A DNA stretch of 64,000 nt from Candidatus Latescibacterota bacterium (GTDB lineage Bacteria > Latescibacterota > CBDEFO01), in the NCBI GenBank assembly GCA_965237525.1, contig CBDEFO010000003.1:1-64000 (forward strand). The letters run 5' to 3'. The position numbers and the translations under genes were made by a program. The notes under the pieces are model-generated. The model was given only the letters and a program-made list of their open reading frames with translations. It was not told the DNA's origin and ran no database searches. Shown one piece after another: positions 51,959 through 61,934 of the stretch. Within the stretch, counting starts at the first letter, position 1, and the number at the start of each line of letters is the position of its first letter.

Positions 51959-53064
51959 GGTCTGTACCACCTTCTGATTTTGTTGGATTGACATGCAACT
52001 TTGACAGACCGGCCCTGTCTGGCGCTATCGTAGAGCGCATCAATGACCTTCATGTTGGCCAGACCGTTTTCAGCCGGCTGTTCAATCGGTTTACCTTTCA
52101 GCACGCGGTCGGCGAAATATTCCGCTTGGAACTGAAACTGGTGCGCAGGCGGACAATGGATCTTCTCATTTATCGCGCCTGCGACCGCGTCATCGCTAAC
52201 AAAGAAGTAGGTTTCCACCAGCTTCCCTGTGCGATAGGTCTCAACCTGCCCAATGCCTGTGGGCATGTAGATGTGGCCGTGCTCTCCGAAGACCTCGTAG
52301 CCCTGCTGGTAGATGTTGTTCTCGGCTAACTTAAAGCCGGAGTCGAACTGCAGAACACCGCCGCAGGGAAACTCCAGCGTGCCGACCACCCGCTCATCCA
52401 CGCCGCTGTCTCTACCGAATTCCCCGAATTCCATTGTGGCGTAAACGCGAACGGGCTCTGAGCCGAATATGAAACGCGCTGTGTTGACACAGTAACAACC
52501 TTTGTCCATCAGCACGCCGCCGCTGAGCTCCTTGCTGAGCCGGATGTCATCGGCAGCCGGTCGGGCCGAGGAGTGCACCGACGACATCCTCAGCACCTTG
52601 CCGATCCTGCCGTCGTCGATCAGTTGCCTGACTTGCACGTTGTGTGGATGAAACCGGTGGGCAAAGGCCTCCATGAGCAGCACGCCGTGCTTGTGGCAGG
52701 CCTCTACCATGTCGCGCGCCTCGGAGGCGCTGCACGCGAGCGGTTTCTCGCAAAGTACGTGCTTGCCCCGGCTGGCAGCGTAAATCGTCCATTCGCAATG
52801 CAGAGAATTGGCAAGGGGAATGTAGACAGCCTGCACGTCATCGTCATCCAGCAGCTGCTCGTAGCTCCCGTAGGCGCGTTCAATGTCAAACGACTGGGCA
52901 AAGTCATCTGCCTTCTTCACCCTTCGGCTGGCGACGGCCAGGACTTCGCCGTTGTTTGATCTCTGGATACCCGGCACCATGACCTTGCGAGCCACGGTGG
53001 CGCAGCCGAGGACGCCCCACTGTACGCGCTGCGGGTCATTGGCAGTTTCGGTTATCGGGTTCAT
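51955..53064 (-). CDS. Gfo/Idh/MocA oxidoreductase
   Basis: WGVLGCA, VYIPL.N..H, KHVLCEKP, GGVLMDKGCY. Confidence 0.92.
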   Translation of the reverse strand: MNPITETANDPQRVQWGVLGCATVARKVMVPGIQRSNNGEVLAVASRRVKKADDFAQSFDIERAYGSYEQLLDDDDVQAVYIPLANSLHCEWTIYAASRGKHVLCEKPLACSASEARDMVEACHKHGVLLMEAFAHRFHPHNVQVRQLIDDGRIGKVLRMSSVHSSARPAADDIRLSKELSGGVLMDKGCYCVNTARFIFGSEPVRVYATMEFGEFGRDSGVDERVVGTLEFPCGGVLQFDSGFKLAENNIYQQGYEVFGEHGHIYMPTGIGQVETYRTGKLVETYFFVSDDAVAGAINEKIHCPPAHQFQFQAEYFADRVLKGKPIEQPAENGLANMKVIDALYDSARQGRSVKVACQSNKIRRWYRP

Positions 53065-54470
53065 CCTGTCCTGGTGGTATTCTCGGCGGCTTTGTCGGGA
53101 CCGATCACGGCCCCCCTGAGGGAGGCGATCCGCTGTTCAAGTGGTTCGTATCGATGTGTCTGATCGTATTGCTTAACGACGCGATCGATCCGGCTAAAGA
53201 CCTTTCTAAAGGCGTCGGCGTAGCGATCCATCAATTCAGCGTCATTGGGCGGGCACATTCGGCGAACCATGAACGAATCGTCCAGTGACTCAAACGTGTT
53301 GGGATAGTCGTGCAGGTCATACGTAACCTCGGAACCCAGCCAGCTCCACGGGCTGCCGTTGCCGTGAGCATTACGGCTCTGGAACAGCGGCTGAGCGGGC
53401 ACAGGGGCCTTCTGCCAGCGTGCCACGTCCACGTTTTCCGCCGCCAGGGCGTTCAACACGGCATCGCGCAAATGGCCCGCTTCGATGTTCAGGTTGAGTT
53501 GTCCGGGATTGACGTGGACCGAGTAGATGTAATAGGTGTGAGTCCTGCCCTCCGGCACGAAAGGCGGCTCCACACCATCTATCGGCTGAAGCTGCTGCGT
53601 CAGGTATTCAGTATTGCGCTGGCAACCGCTGATGTATTCGTCCAGATGCCTCAACCTGACTCGCGCCAGTGCCGAAAGAGTCTCGGCCATCTTGTAGTTC
53701 CAGCCGATCGTTTCGGACATGTACTTTCGATCTTCGGCCTTCATATCGCTGCCCTGCTCGCCGAAAAGGCGAAGCGTGGCGGCGCGTTCATAGACATCCT
53801 TACTGTTGGTGGTCACCAACCCACCTTCACCGACCATCAACTGTTTGGTGGTGCACATGGAGAAGCCGCCTGCGTCACCCAGCGTGCCGACCTTCTTCCC
53901 GTGATAGAGGCTGCCGTAGGCCTGGCAACCGTCTTCGATGACTTTCAGGTTGTGTCGTTGGGCGATCTGGCGGTTGCCGTCCATGTCGGCCGGAAGCCCG
54001 AACAGTTGTACCACCATGATGGCCTTGGTCCGGGCCGTGATCTTCTGCTCGATCTTATTTGTGTCGATCAGAAAGGTCTGAGGATCGGTATCCACGAAGA
54101 CGGGGATGGCGTTCTGATGCAGCACGGCCATGGCCGAGGCGATAAAGGTATGAGCTGGCATAATGACCTCATCGCCTGCCTCGACGCCGACGCCCGACAC
54201 GGCGCAGTGCAGAGCCGCGGTGCCTGAATCGACCGCCACGCAGTACTCGGCACCCGTCCACCGGGCGAACTCTTTCTCGAGCGCGTCAGCCTGCGGCATG
54301 CCGACGGGCAAGGCTATGCTTAAATGCCCGCTTCGCAGAACCGACGCCACAGCTTCGATCTCTTCGTCATTGGCCTTGCGGTAGCGCTCCCAATCGTGGG
54401 CCATCAGATCCATCGGAACCGCCGGTTTTCCGCCTTCCAATGCCAGTTTGTCAGTCAGCAAGTCTCCCAT
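53061..54470 (-). CDS. DegT/DnrJ/EryC1/StrS PLP aminotransferase
   Basis: SGTAALH, TFIAS, VIEDGCQA, FSMCTTKQLMVGEGG (catalytic K), GWNYKM. Confidence 0.92.
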   Translation of the reverse strand: MGDLLTDKLALEGGKPAVPMDLMAHDWERYRKANDEEIEAVASVLRSGHLSIALPVGMPQADALEKEFARWTGAEYCVAVDSGTAALHCAVSGVGVEAGDEVIMPAHTFIASAMAVLHQNAIPVFVDTDPQTFLIDTNKIEQKITARTKAIMVVQLFGLPADMDGNRQIAQRHNLKVIEDGCQAYGSLYHGKKVGTLGDAGGFSMCTTKQLMVGEGGLVTTNSKDVYERAATLRLFGEQGSDMKAEDRKYMSETIGWNYKMAETLSALARVRLRHLDEYISGCQRNTEYLTQQLQPIDGVEPPFVPEGRTHTYYIYSVHVNPGQLNLNIEAGHLRDAVLNALAAENVDVARWQKAPVPAQPLFQSRNAHGNGSPWSWLGSEVTYDLHDYPNTFESLDDSFMVRRMCPPNDAELMDRYADAFRKVFSRIDRVVKQYDQTHRYEPLEQRIASLRGAVIGPDKAAENTTRTG

Positions 54471-54548
54471 TTCTGTTTTTTGGTAGGGCTATCCAGGACC
54501 ACTGCACCAATGACCGGTGCGCTTTTGCCATGAAAGATCGTATTGACC

Positions 54549-54790
54549 TCATGGCGACGGATCAAAGATGTTGCGGTGATCAGAGTCAAATACTGCATCA
54601 CGAAATGTCCGATCGGCGTTTAGGGATTCAGAGCTGGTACGCCAGTGCACAACCCCGACGTCTCTTAGGCTGAATTGGTTTGAGATGAGAGGCGGCCATC
54701 CTCGTTCACATCGGGCTGAGTGCGGTAGCCCGTATGGCAGAATTCGCAGTAAATCAGCAGGGCGATTGCACCAGAGGTTATGCTTCTCAT
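54549..54790 (-). pseudogene. Internally deleted copy of the 45792-type sialidase-like gene
   Basis: MRSITSGAIALLIYCEFCHT joined to GYR..., then (frameshifted) NQFSLRDVGVVHWR...NIFDPSP*. Confidence 0.8.
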
Positions 54791-54817
54791 CTGTTCAATT
54801 AGCATAGAGACCAATGA

Positions 54818-55928
54818 TTATTGTTTTTCTTGCGGCTGCAGCGCCAATACATCTTTCAAGTCGTAAATCACAAGCTTCGGGAGGTAGCGAAATCCTTCCA
54901 CCCAGTGCTCTGCACCGGTGCCTTCCTCGTAGTTGATGAACATCTCTTTGTCGGAAAAGTAAATGTTCCGCATAAAGCCCTCAGTCTCAGTGACGACGAC
55001 CGGCCGGCTCCAGCTCTTGCAGTGGTCGTGGCTGACGGCAAAGACCATCGGGGCGCGCGGGAACCAGTAGTTGTGCTCGGAACGCCAGACCGTCGAGTCG
55101 GTTGGTTTGGCGTGACTCCACACGACCACGACCGCGTCGCTTCCGGGCACACGCTGGGCATTCAGCGGCGCCAGCGGTGCAACCAGGCCGGTCGAAGATG
55201 GCTTACCCCACGTTCGCCCGCCATCCTCAGAAAACGCCTGCCACAGATGCCCAAGGCAGGTGCGAAAGACCATCCAGAGCCGGCCGTCGGCCAGCTCCAC
55301 CAGCTTCGGCTCACCAAAACCCTCCGGCCGATCACGATAACCCGGCGGCGGACCAAACAACTCATACAGCCGCCATGTTTGTCCGCTGTCTTCGCTGACA
55401 AGCGCGCCGACAAGTTCCGGTCCCGGCCCTTCACCGCCCATCAGGAAATCAACGCTGACCAGCAACAGGTTCTCTTTGGTCACCAGAATCCGATCGCCGG
55501 CCGGTGCCCATAGCAACTTTTTACCGTTTTCGAGTTGAAAGTGCTTGGGCCACATCAGCAGGCGCTGGCCTCCCGTCCAAGTCTTGCCTTCATCCTCTGA
55601 GCGCCAGATGCGCGTGTCGCCGCCCTGAATGAACAGTTCCTTACCGCGCCGAGCAATCGCTTCAATACCACCCTGCGGCCACGTGCTGATATCCGGCCAA
55701 TCCTGCCAGGTTCGACCCTCATCGCCGCTGGCTATGGCGGATCCGGAGCCTATCAGAACTAGCTCTCCATCCACACTGCGGTGAAAGTTCCACTGGCTCT
55801 TCCAGACATCGACTTCTTCTATGTAGAGTTCAAACACCGGCTGGATCGCTTGATCAGCGCTAGGCACACCTACAGCCCCACGCTGTAAAACCCACCACGA
55901 AACTCAATACCATTAGCTGGATTATCAT
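54818..55928 (-). CDS. Sialidase-like BNR protein; signal peptide separated by +1 G near 55878
   Basis: SGDEGRTW, SEDEGKTW, SEDGGRTW, EPKLVELADGRLWMVFR; GAGGTG ribosome-binding site then ATG 55928. Confidence 0.75.
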
Positions 55929-56159
55929 GAGATCACCTCACCTTGCAGAGAGGTTTGGTAGCTGGTCACAAGCGGAACCCCAAACCTTCCTTATTTACCA
56001 TAATACAATAGCCTCAAGCATTTCCTCCGTCGCGGGAGTAATTATGCCCAGCTTTCAGCCCCCGTCCACCAACCATAGATATGCATCTGTGTGTGGCATC
56101 TACTTCTCTGTCCCGAGATAACGGGGACCAATCACTATCCTGACCCGCACTGCGGCAAA

Positions 56160-57791
56160 TCAAACACCTCGCAGCCCGATGTCAAACGACTCGCCCTTTG
56201 CACGCGCCTTGCAGTACTGATCACAATGCATCAAGGCGGTGTTCGCGCAGGCATTGTAACCCGGCCAGTTCAGCCTGGACAGGGGCCGATCGAAGCGAAG
56301 ATCGAATCCCCAAGTGGAAAACGCCCCGCTTTCCTGCTGGCCCCGAACGATCGCATTGGCCGCAGCGACGGCCTTATTGAAATACTCTTCCTTCTGCGTC
56401 GCCCGATGCAACGCAAGCAGCGCCAGCAGCCAGTTGCCGTTATGCGCCTCCATCGGGAACGGGCAGACATATTGCTCGAGCACCATAGGCGTCGGCGTGA
56501 TCAAGTTGGGACGCAGCGCCGAATTGCCAATATGGCCGTCGCCGACCGCGTACGAATCTCCCTCTTGCCAGATGACAAACTGGTCCTCGACCCATCGGTT
56601 CAGCTCCTCGGACGTCTCCAGGTAAGCCTGATCGTCCTCGCGATAGTGTACTAGGTAATTGATCGTCTCGTTGACAGCCCAGTTTTCCAGGTTGGAGTAA
56701 GGTGGTGCTTCCGGCATGTCCTCGAACATGCCCTCCCAGCGCCGCGTCTTTACCGGATTATTCATGATCCACTGAATCGCTTTGCGCCGCGCCTTTTCGT
56801 ACGCACTTTGCGGCTCGATCGCTTCAAGCAGGCCAAAGAAGCGAGCCTGCGTCGCCATATTCGAGGTGTACTCATGAACAATCGAACCATCTGCCGGATC
56901 GACGCGGAATGGCCATGACCCGTCGTCGCGCTGAATCTTCGCCAGCACGTTGGCCAGGTGCCGGGCATATTCCAGGTATGCCTCGTCGCCGAAAGTCTCA
57001 AACAGGGCGATCATCACGATGCCAAGACGCGCTGCGCGGAAGATTGTATTTCCGTAGCCCTCTTCTTTCAGTACTCCGCCTTTAAGCACCGAGTATGGAA
57101 ACAGGCTGCAGTACGACTCTTTCGGATGGCGACTGACCAAGAACCAATCACCAAACACTTTCGCCTGACGTCTGGCTTCGCTTGCCATCTCATCATCGGG
57201 GAAATATTCACAGAAAGTCAGAAACGACCTGATGTGTCCAGCGCCGTTCAGGCAGGGACACGCCACGCTTGACCAACGCTGCCCCGTCACACTGTCCTCC
57301 ATGCACGACCAGATGCCTCGCGGTAAACCTTTTTCGAAATCCTCTACACGATCCCGCGGCGGCGCCAGCAAATACTCCATGTTACGCCGCACGGCCGCAA
57401 CCCAATCCAGCGGCTCGGCCCTGCGACCATCGTAGCCCTGCACCTTGTAGAAACTCTTCGTCTGAGAATTGCACACTTCCGTTCCGTCAGCTCCGACGCC
57501 CAGGATCATCGCGTCGATCGGCCCGATCGGCAGTTGATCCCAGATATCTGACATATCAAACTGCGGCTGATCAACCTTGTAATCCTTCGCCTTCTGTTTC
57601 CCGATCGCCAGCTTTACAACATAGCCCGCAGCGTCCGGAATGGCGCCCCACGTCCACGTGGGCGCGGAAACAAAACGCGAAGACCAGACGTTCCAGCCTT
57701 CCAGCACGATGTTCACAATATTTCGGGCCGTAACTGGTCGGACGGTTGGAGCGCTTGTCCTTGTACCCGGTGCCTCCATCTGTGATTCCAT
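56160..57791 (-). CDS. Hypothetical protein, probable (alpha/alpha)-toroid glycosidase/lyase-like fold
   Basis: 543-aa ORF; YLEYARHLANVL..IQRDDGSW and A.AIVRGQQESGAF helical-hairpin repeats. Confidence 0.55.
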   Translation of the reverse strand: MESQMEAPGTRTSAPTVRPVTARNIVNIVLEGWNVWSSRFVSAPTWTWGAIPDAAGYVVKLAIGKQKAKDYKVDQPQFDMSDIWDQLPIGPIDAMILGVGADGTEVCNSQTKSFYKVQGYDGRRAEPLDWVAAVRRNMEYLLAPPRDRVEDFEKGLPRGIWSCMEDSVTGQRWSSVACPCLNGAGHIRSFLTFCEYFPDDEMASEARRQAKVFGDWFLVSRHPKESYCSLFPYSVLKGGVLKEEGYGNTIFRAARLGIVMIALFETFGDEAYLEYARHLANVLAKIQRDDGSWPFRVDPADGSIVHEYTSNMATQARFFGLLEAIEPQSAYEKARRKAIQWIMNNPVKTRRWEGMFEDMPEAPPYSNLENWAVNETINYLVHYREDDQAYLETSEELNRWVEDQFVIWQEGDSYAVGDGHIGNSALRPNLITPTPMVLEQYVCPFPMEAHNGNWLLALLALHRATQKEEYFNKAVAAANAIVRGQQESGAFSTWGFDLRFDRPLSRLNWPGYNACANTALMHCDQYCKARAKGESFDIGLRGV

Positions 57792-57939
57792 GTCAGTCTC
57801 CTGTATTCCTGGATCCCGCGCATACCCCGGTGGCGAGCACCTCGTCGTAGCGCCAAGTGAACCGCCAGCTACTGGTGGGGCTTGTCAACGGTGGCGATCA
57901 GCAGCAGACGATTGTTCGCGGGAATGCAAAGTGTCCGAT

Positions 57940-58535
57940 GGTTGCCGCCAGGATCATGCTTGAAAATTGCAAAATGAAAGATCGGGCCAGCCGTCGTGGT
58001 TGAAAGCAGCCACCATCATCCCGAGCGCTGACGCCTACAGGGCAGAGAACGTCGGAATAGAAGTCCGATACTTAGGGCTCAGACCTTCAGGTCCACCCCA
58101 GTAGATGAAACCCTAACCACAGGATCGGGCACCCACATATAATTGAGTATGATAACGTCTGTATAACCCTCACCATCCAAGTCGCTTACGCACTGTGAAG
58201 ATGAATGCCGCGTGGGCAACATTAATCTTGCGTCAGGACTCGGCTTGCCATCTGGCTGAAGATAGACCCATGATGGCTCGTATTCTATCAGATCGTGCGA
58301 GTTACCGAAATACAGATCGATATCCCCGTCGTTATTGACGTCCCACGTGCGTATCATCTGAGCGCGCTCACCGCAAGACACATAGAAGTTCGCACCCGCC
58401 GCGTCAAAAGCACCCTTCGAGAAGTCCTCCCCGATTGAACCTATCGGGGAAGCCGCTAGTAACCCAAGAGGCTCTCTCGGACCTGAGATATTGCGGCGCA
58501 GAGCAGCAGTGACGTCAAGACAAGTGTATTTTTCA
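57940..58535 (-). pseudogene. Internally deleted, frameshifted copy of the FG-GAP gene
   Basis: 58035-58535 matches 49465-49952; 57940-58035 matches about 47600-47695. Confidence 0.85.
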
Positions 58536-58634
58536 GCCTTTTGTGTCCTTGCCAAATTCCCGTCTGGTCAAGGCACCCAGCCGATCGTTAAGCGTTCGCT
58601 CTGGTTTGCGTCGACCATGTGGGAAGACGATCAC

Positions 58635-59414
58635 CTACTGCATTGCATGCACCTCGTCTGCAATGGTTTTGGCACCGTCAAAGATGTGGCCGACTTCTTC
58701 GCCCAGCGCGAACCACTTCATGCCCTTTGCGCGCCACTCCCTGACTTGATCCAGATCGGTCCCGATCGAGCAGCCGACATGCAGTCCAGCCTCGACTCCT
58801 TTCGTGATGACAGTGTCAATCGCTTCGAGAACTTCAGGGTCGGTGTGCTGGCCGAGCTTGTTCAGCGTCCCGGAGAGGTCGTTGCGGCCAAGGCTGAGCC
58901 CGTCGAGCCCCGGTATACGCGTGATCGCATCCAGATCCCGCACGGCTTGAATCGTCTCGATGTGTGCGAAGACCATGATCTGTTCGTCGGCCGTCTCCAG
59001 GTGTTCGGCCATGGAGTTCTTCCCGTACATGTTGCGGATCGGCCCGAATCCGCGGTTGCCCTTCGGTGGATACTTGCATGCCTTAACCATCTCCGACGTC
59101 TGGTCGGCTGACTCGAGCATGGAAACGATGATTCCCGCCGGCGCCAGGTCCAGGAACGGCTTGATCAGATTCCGATCGGGATGGGAGATCCGCACAAGCG
59201 GAGCCGTTTGCGTACCGCGACAGGCCATGATATGTCCCATCGCGTCCGAAAGGCCCATGTGGGAGTGTTCCATCTCGATCCAGAGAAAGTCGTTGCCGGC
59301 CTCCGCAGCCAGCTCGCTTACTAATGGATCACACAGTTGCACCGACGTGCCGACGCAGATCTTGTTTTCGTCGAGCCTCTTACGGAACCGCTCGACATTA
59401 TTAACGGAACTCAT
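58635..59414 (-). CDS. HpcH/HpaI aldolase family
   Basis: FLWIEMEHS, PLVRI, KYPPKGNRGFG, HIET, GRNDLS. Confidence 0.9.
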   Translation of the reverse strand: MSSVNNVERFRKRLDENKICVGTSVQLCDPLVSELAAEAGNDFLWIEMEHSHMGLSDAMGHIMACRGTQTAPLVRISHPDRNLIKPFLDLAPAGIIVSMLESADQTSEMVKACKYPPKGNRGFGPIRNMYGKNSMAEHLETADEQIMVFAHIETIQAVRDLDAITRIPGLDGLSLGRNDLSGTLNKLGQHTDPEVLEAIDTVITKGVEAGLHVGCSIGTDLDQVREWRAKGMKWFALGEEVGHIFDGAKTIADEVHAMQ

Positions 59415-60185
59415 CAGGGGTGCCTCCACTGGAATGGGTTTGAATTTGACGACATAAGAGCAGGCTTTACGGAGCCGAATGAGCTGACCTCCTGGATCAT
59501 AGGGCACCCGCGGCTAACAGCTCGTTGATAGCTGATGTGTCCTCTGCCTTGCTTACGCGGCGGAGCCACCGCTCGTACAGAGTTGTGACGTCATATGCCT
59601 TGCCTACTTAGCTAGACTATAGTTGGACTTCTGTGCTTGAATGGGATCCACCCTGTGGCAGCAGAGATGTTTGAGGGCAGCGTCTCAATAGGTATCAGGT
59701 AAGGACTTAGATGTGCGGGATTGAATCCTTGGCCTCTCCGCCACCGACATCAGGACCTCCTGCGAAAGCTCTTACTTTTGGGCACAGTTTTGAGACAACG
59801 CTTTCAAACCGTTGAGACGTGAGAACCTCTGTGTGTAAGAAATCTATTTTAACTATGTTAGGTAAGGTAATCTTAGCAAAGCTGTTTCTACTAGTTCGTA
59901 TACATTTATGCGCTTTTCGATGGTTTTCCAAACGATTTGGGAACTGTGTGGGCAATGTATTAGGTATCTTGTCAGATCTCATCTGGTTTTTCATGCCTGA
60001 AAAAGATAGAGATTTGCCTTTGAGAAGTCAAGCTAAAATTTGTTCTTCCTCCTCAAAGTCCACCAAGTCTCTCCGAGCAAGTACTCATTCAAGTTTACGC
60101 ACAGACTTACATACTACCCCAGGTTGTTTAGTTGTTGTCGAAATCGAAGGGAGCGACAGTCCATATTAGGTTCTATCCGGTCATC

Positions 60186-60709
60186 ATGTTTGGAGTGCGC
60201 GGCCGTTAGTTAGCGTTCAACGCACGGGGAATAGATGAGAGTCCAGTACAGACTACCTGCCAGGTTAAGTCCATCAGCAGGGCGAAGACGTTTTCTCGGA
60301 TGTCTCTGATGAAAAAGTCTTGAAAGGGGCTCTGTACGCCTGGTCTGAGGTAGTTGCCAGGGGACTCAGGCGAAAGCGACTGACGTGTCGCACAGTCAGA
60401 TTGAAGTTGCGCTGGCCCGATTTTTCGACCCTGAAGAGGCAAGCTACCATGAGAGATCCTACCGATCTGGATGAGGTGATCTATGCTGAAGTGGTTCGTC
60501 TCTTTGAACGATATTGGATTCCGGGACAGCCAGTGAGGTTGTTAGGCGTAGGTGTAAGAAACTTGAGTGGAGATACGCGTCAATTGAAGCTGTGGGATGA
60601 GGAGATAGAAAAGAAAGAGCGCTTGCAAGAAGCAGTCGACTCACTACGTAAGCGATTTGGGGAAAGGGCAGTTAGGTCATGTAGAGCAATGATGAGAGGA
60701 GACATTTGA
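60186..60709 (+). pseudogene. dinB: DNA polymerase IV C-terminal remnant
   Basis: FGVRGR*LAFNARGIDESPV...KSISR, frameshift, TVRLKLRWPDF...PVRLLGVGV...VDSLRKRFG. Confidence 0.75.
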
Positions 60710-60852
60710 CATCTGTCTATCTTCCTTGAATCATCGCTATACTAGGTTACTTCTATACTCGTTTGAGTCTCTGTCATTAGGGGTTTCGGCACTTCCGGCT
60801 AACCCAAAGCTATCCGACTATCCAAGCGCACCTTTTGAAACTCCTAAAAGCC

Positions 60853-61885
60853 CTAATCCCGCCAGTCGAAAATGACGCCCAACATGGACTTCTCTCTGCG
60901 GTAGGCCATCTCGTAGACCTGGGCCATCTCCGTATAGTGGAAGCGGTGAGTGATCAGGCGTTTGGGCTCCAGGCGACCCTCTTCCATCAGGGAGAGAATA
61001 TAGGCACAGTCCCGATCCGCTGCGAAGCGGTCTTCCACCATAGTAGCGTATTGGGTGTCGTTCGGGTATAAATAACCCGCTGATCCCGAGACAGCGATCA
61101 GTGAAATACCTTTGATATAGAAAAGATCCATAGCCAACGGATTAAAATCCAGCGGGGTCTCTCCGCGACCGAGGAGGCTGACGATGGAAACGCGACCGTT
61201 TGGCCGCACGATCTGCAGGGCTGTACGGTAAGCAGGCCAGGGATTCGCAGTGAGGATAACCAGGTCGAGGCCCACGCCGTCAGTAAAGGTGTCCAGCTTT
61301 GCTTCGAGGTCAGGATCGTCGGACATGTAGGCGGCATGAGCACCCATCCGATCTGCCATTTCCAGGCGGATGGGGCTATTGCCAAGACTCACCACACGGG
61401 CTCCGAAGAGCGGGCCGAGAGCAACCGCACCCAGACCGAGCACACCCCAGACCGACGACCGCTACATTTTCCCCCGGTTGGAAATGGGCTTTACGATAAC
61501 AGAGGGAGCTGAGAGCGTAGAGGTGGGCAAAGACAGCATCCTCTGAATCCACGCCATCCGGGACTTTGACCATGCTGGCTGCCTGGTCGGTTATGTATTC
61601 GGATTGATGAGGCTGCCTGGTCACCACTCGATCTCCCACCTGAAAACGGGTGACCTGTTTGCCCACATCCTTCACAATGCCCAGATTGCTGTCGCCGACC
61701 CATCTGGGGTAGTCGGGTGCGCCCGGGACCCTTTCGGCTCCTTCGTAGTTGCCGCGGTCGGTACCGATTTTAAAAGCGGAAATCTGAGTCTTGATCCAGA
61801 TTTCGTCTGGCTTCAGATTGTCAGTGTTCAGGGACTGCTCCTCAAGGCGAAGGTCTCTCGGACCGTGAAGAATAGCAATTTTCAT
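60853..61885 (-). CDS. Zn-binding alcohol dehydrogenase (MDR) family, split by +1 G near 61447
   Basis: Removing one G restores VAVVGLGVLGL; LITHRF C-terminus. Confidence 0.8.
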
Positions 61886-61934
61886 GGGGGATCTCCTTAG
61901 CCCGAATAATTCACACAAAAAGGCCGTGTATTAA

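Noticed and set aside
53310..54227. 305-aa plus-strand ORF and similar antisense ORFs in the GC-rich island
   Set aside because: Shadows of well-supported minus-strand genes
55292..55302. CAGCTCCACCA match to the tRNA-Ala 3' end
   Set aside because: Short chance match inside a coding sequence
59512..59590. Possible second attC (GGCTAAC...GTTGTGA)
   Set aside because: Ends not complementary and inner pairing poor
59707..60169. AT-richer short ORFs at the presumed island B boundary
   Set aside because: No assignable product and no tRNA-Ala repeat, so the right end cannot be fixed
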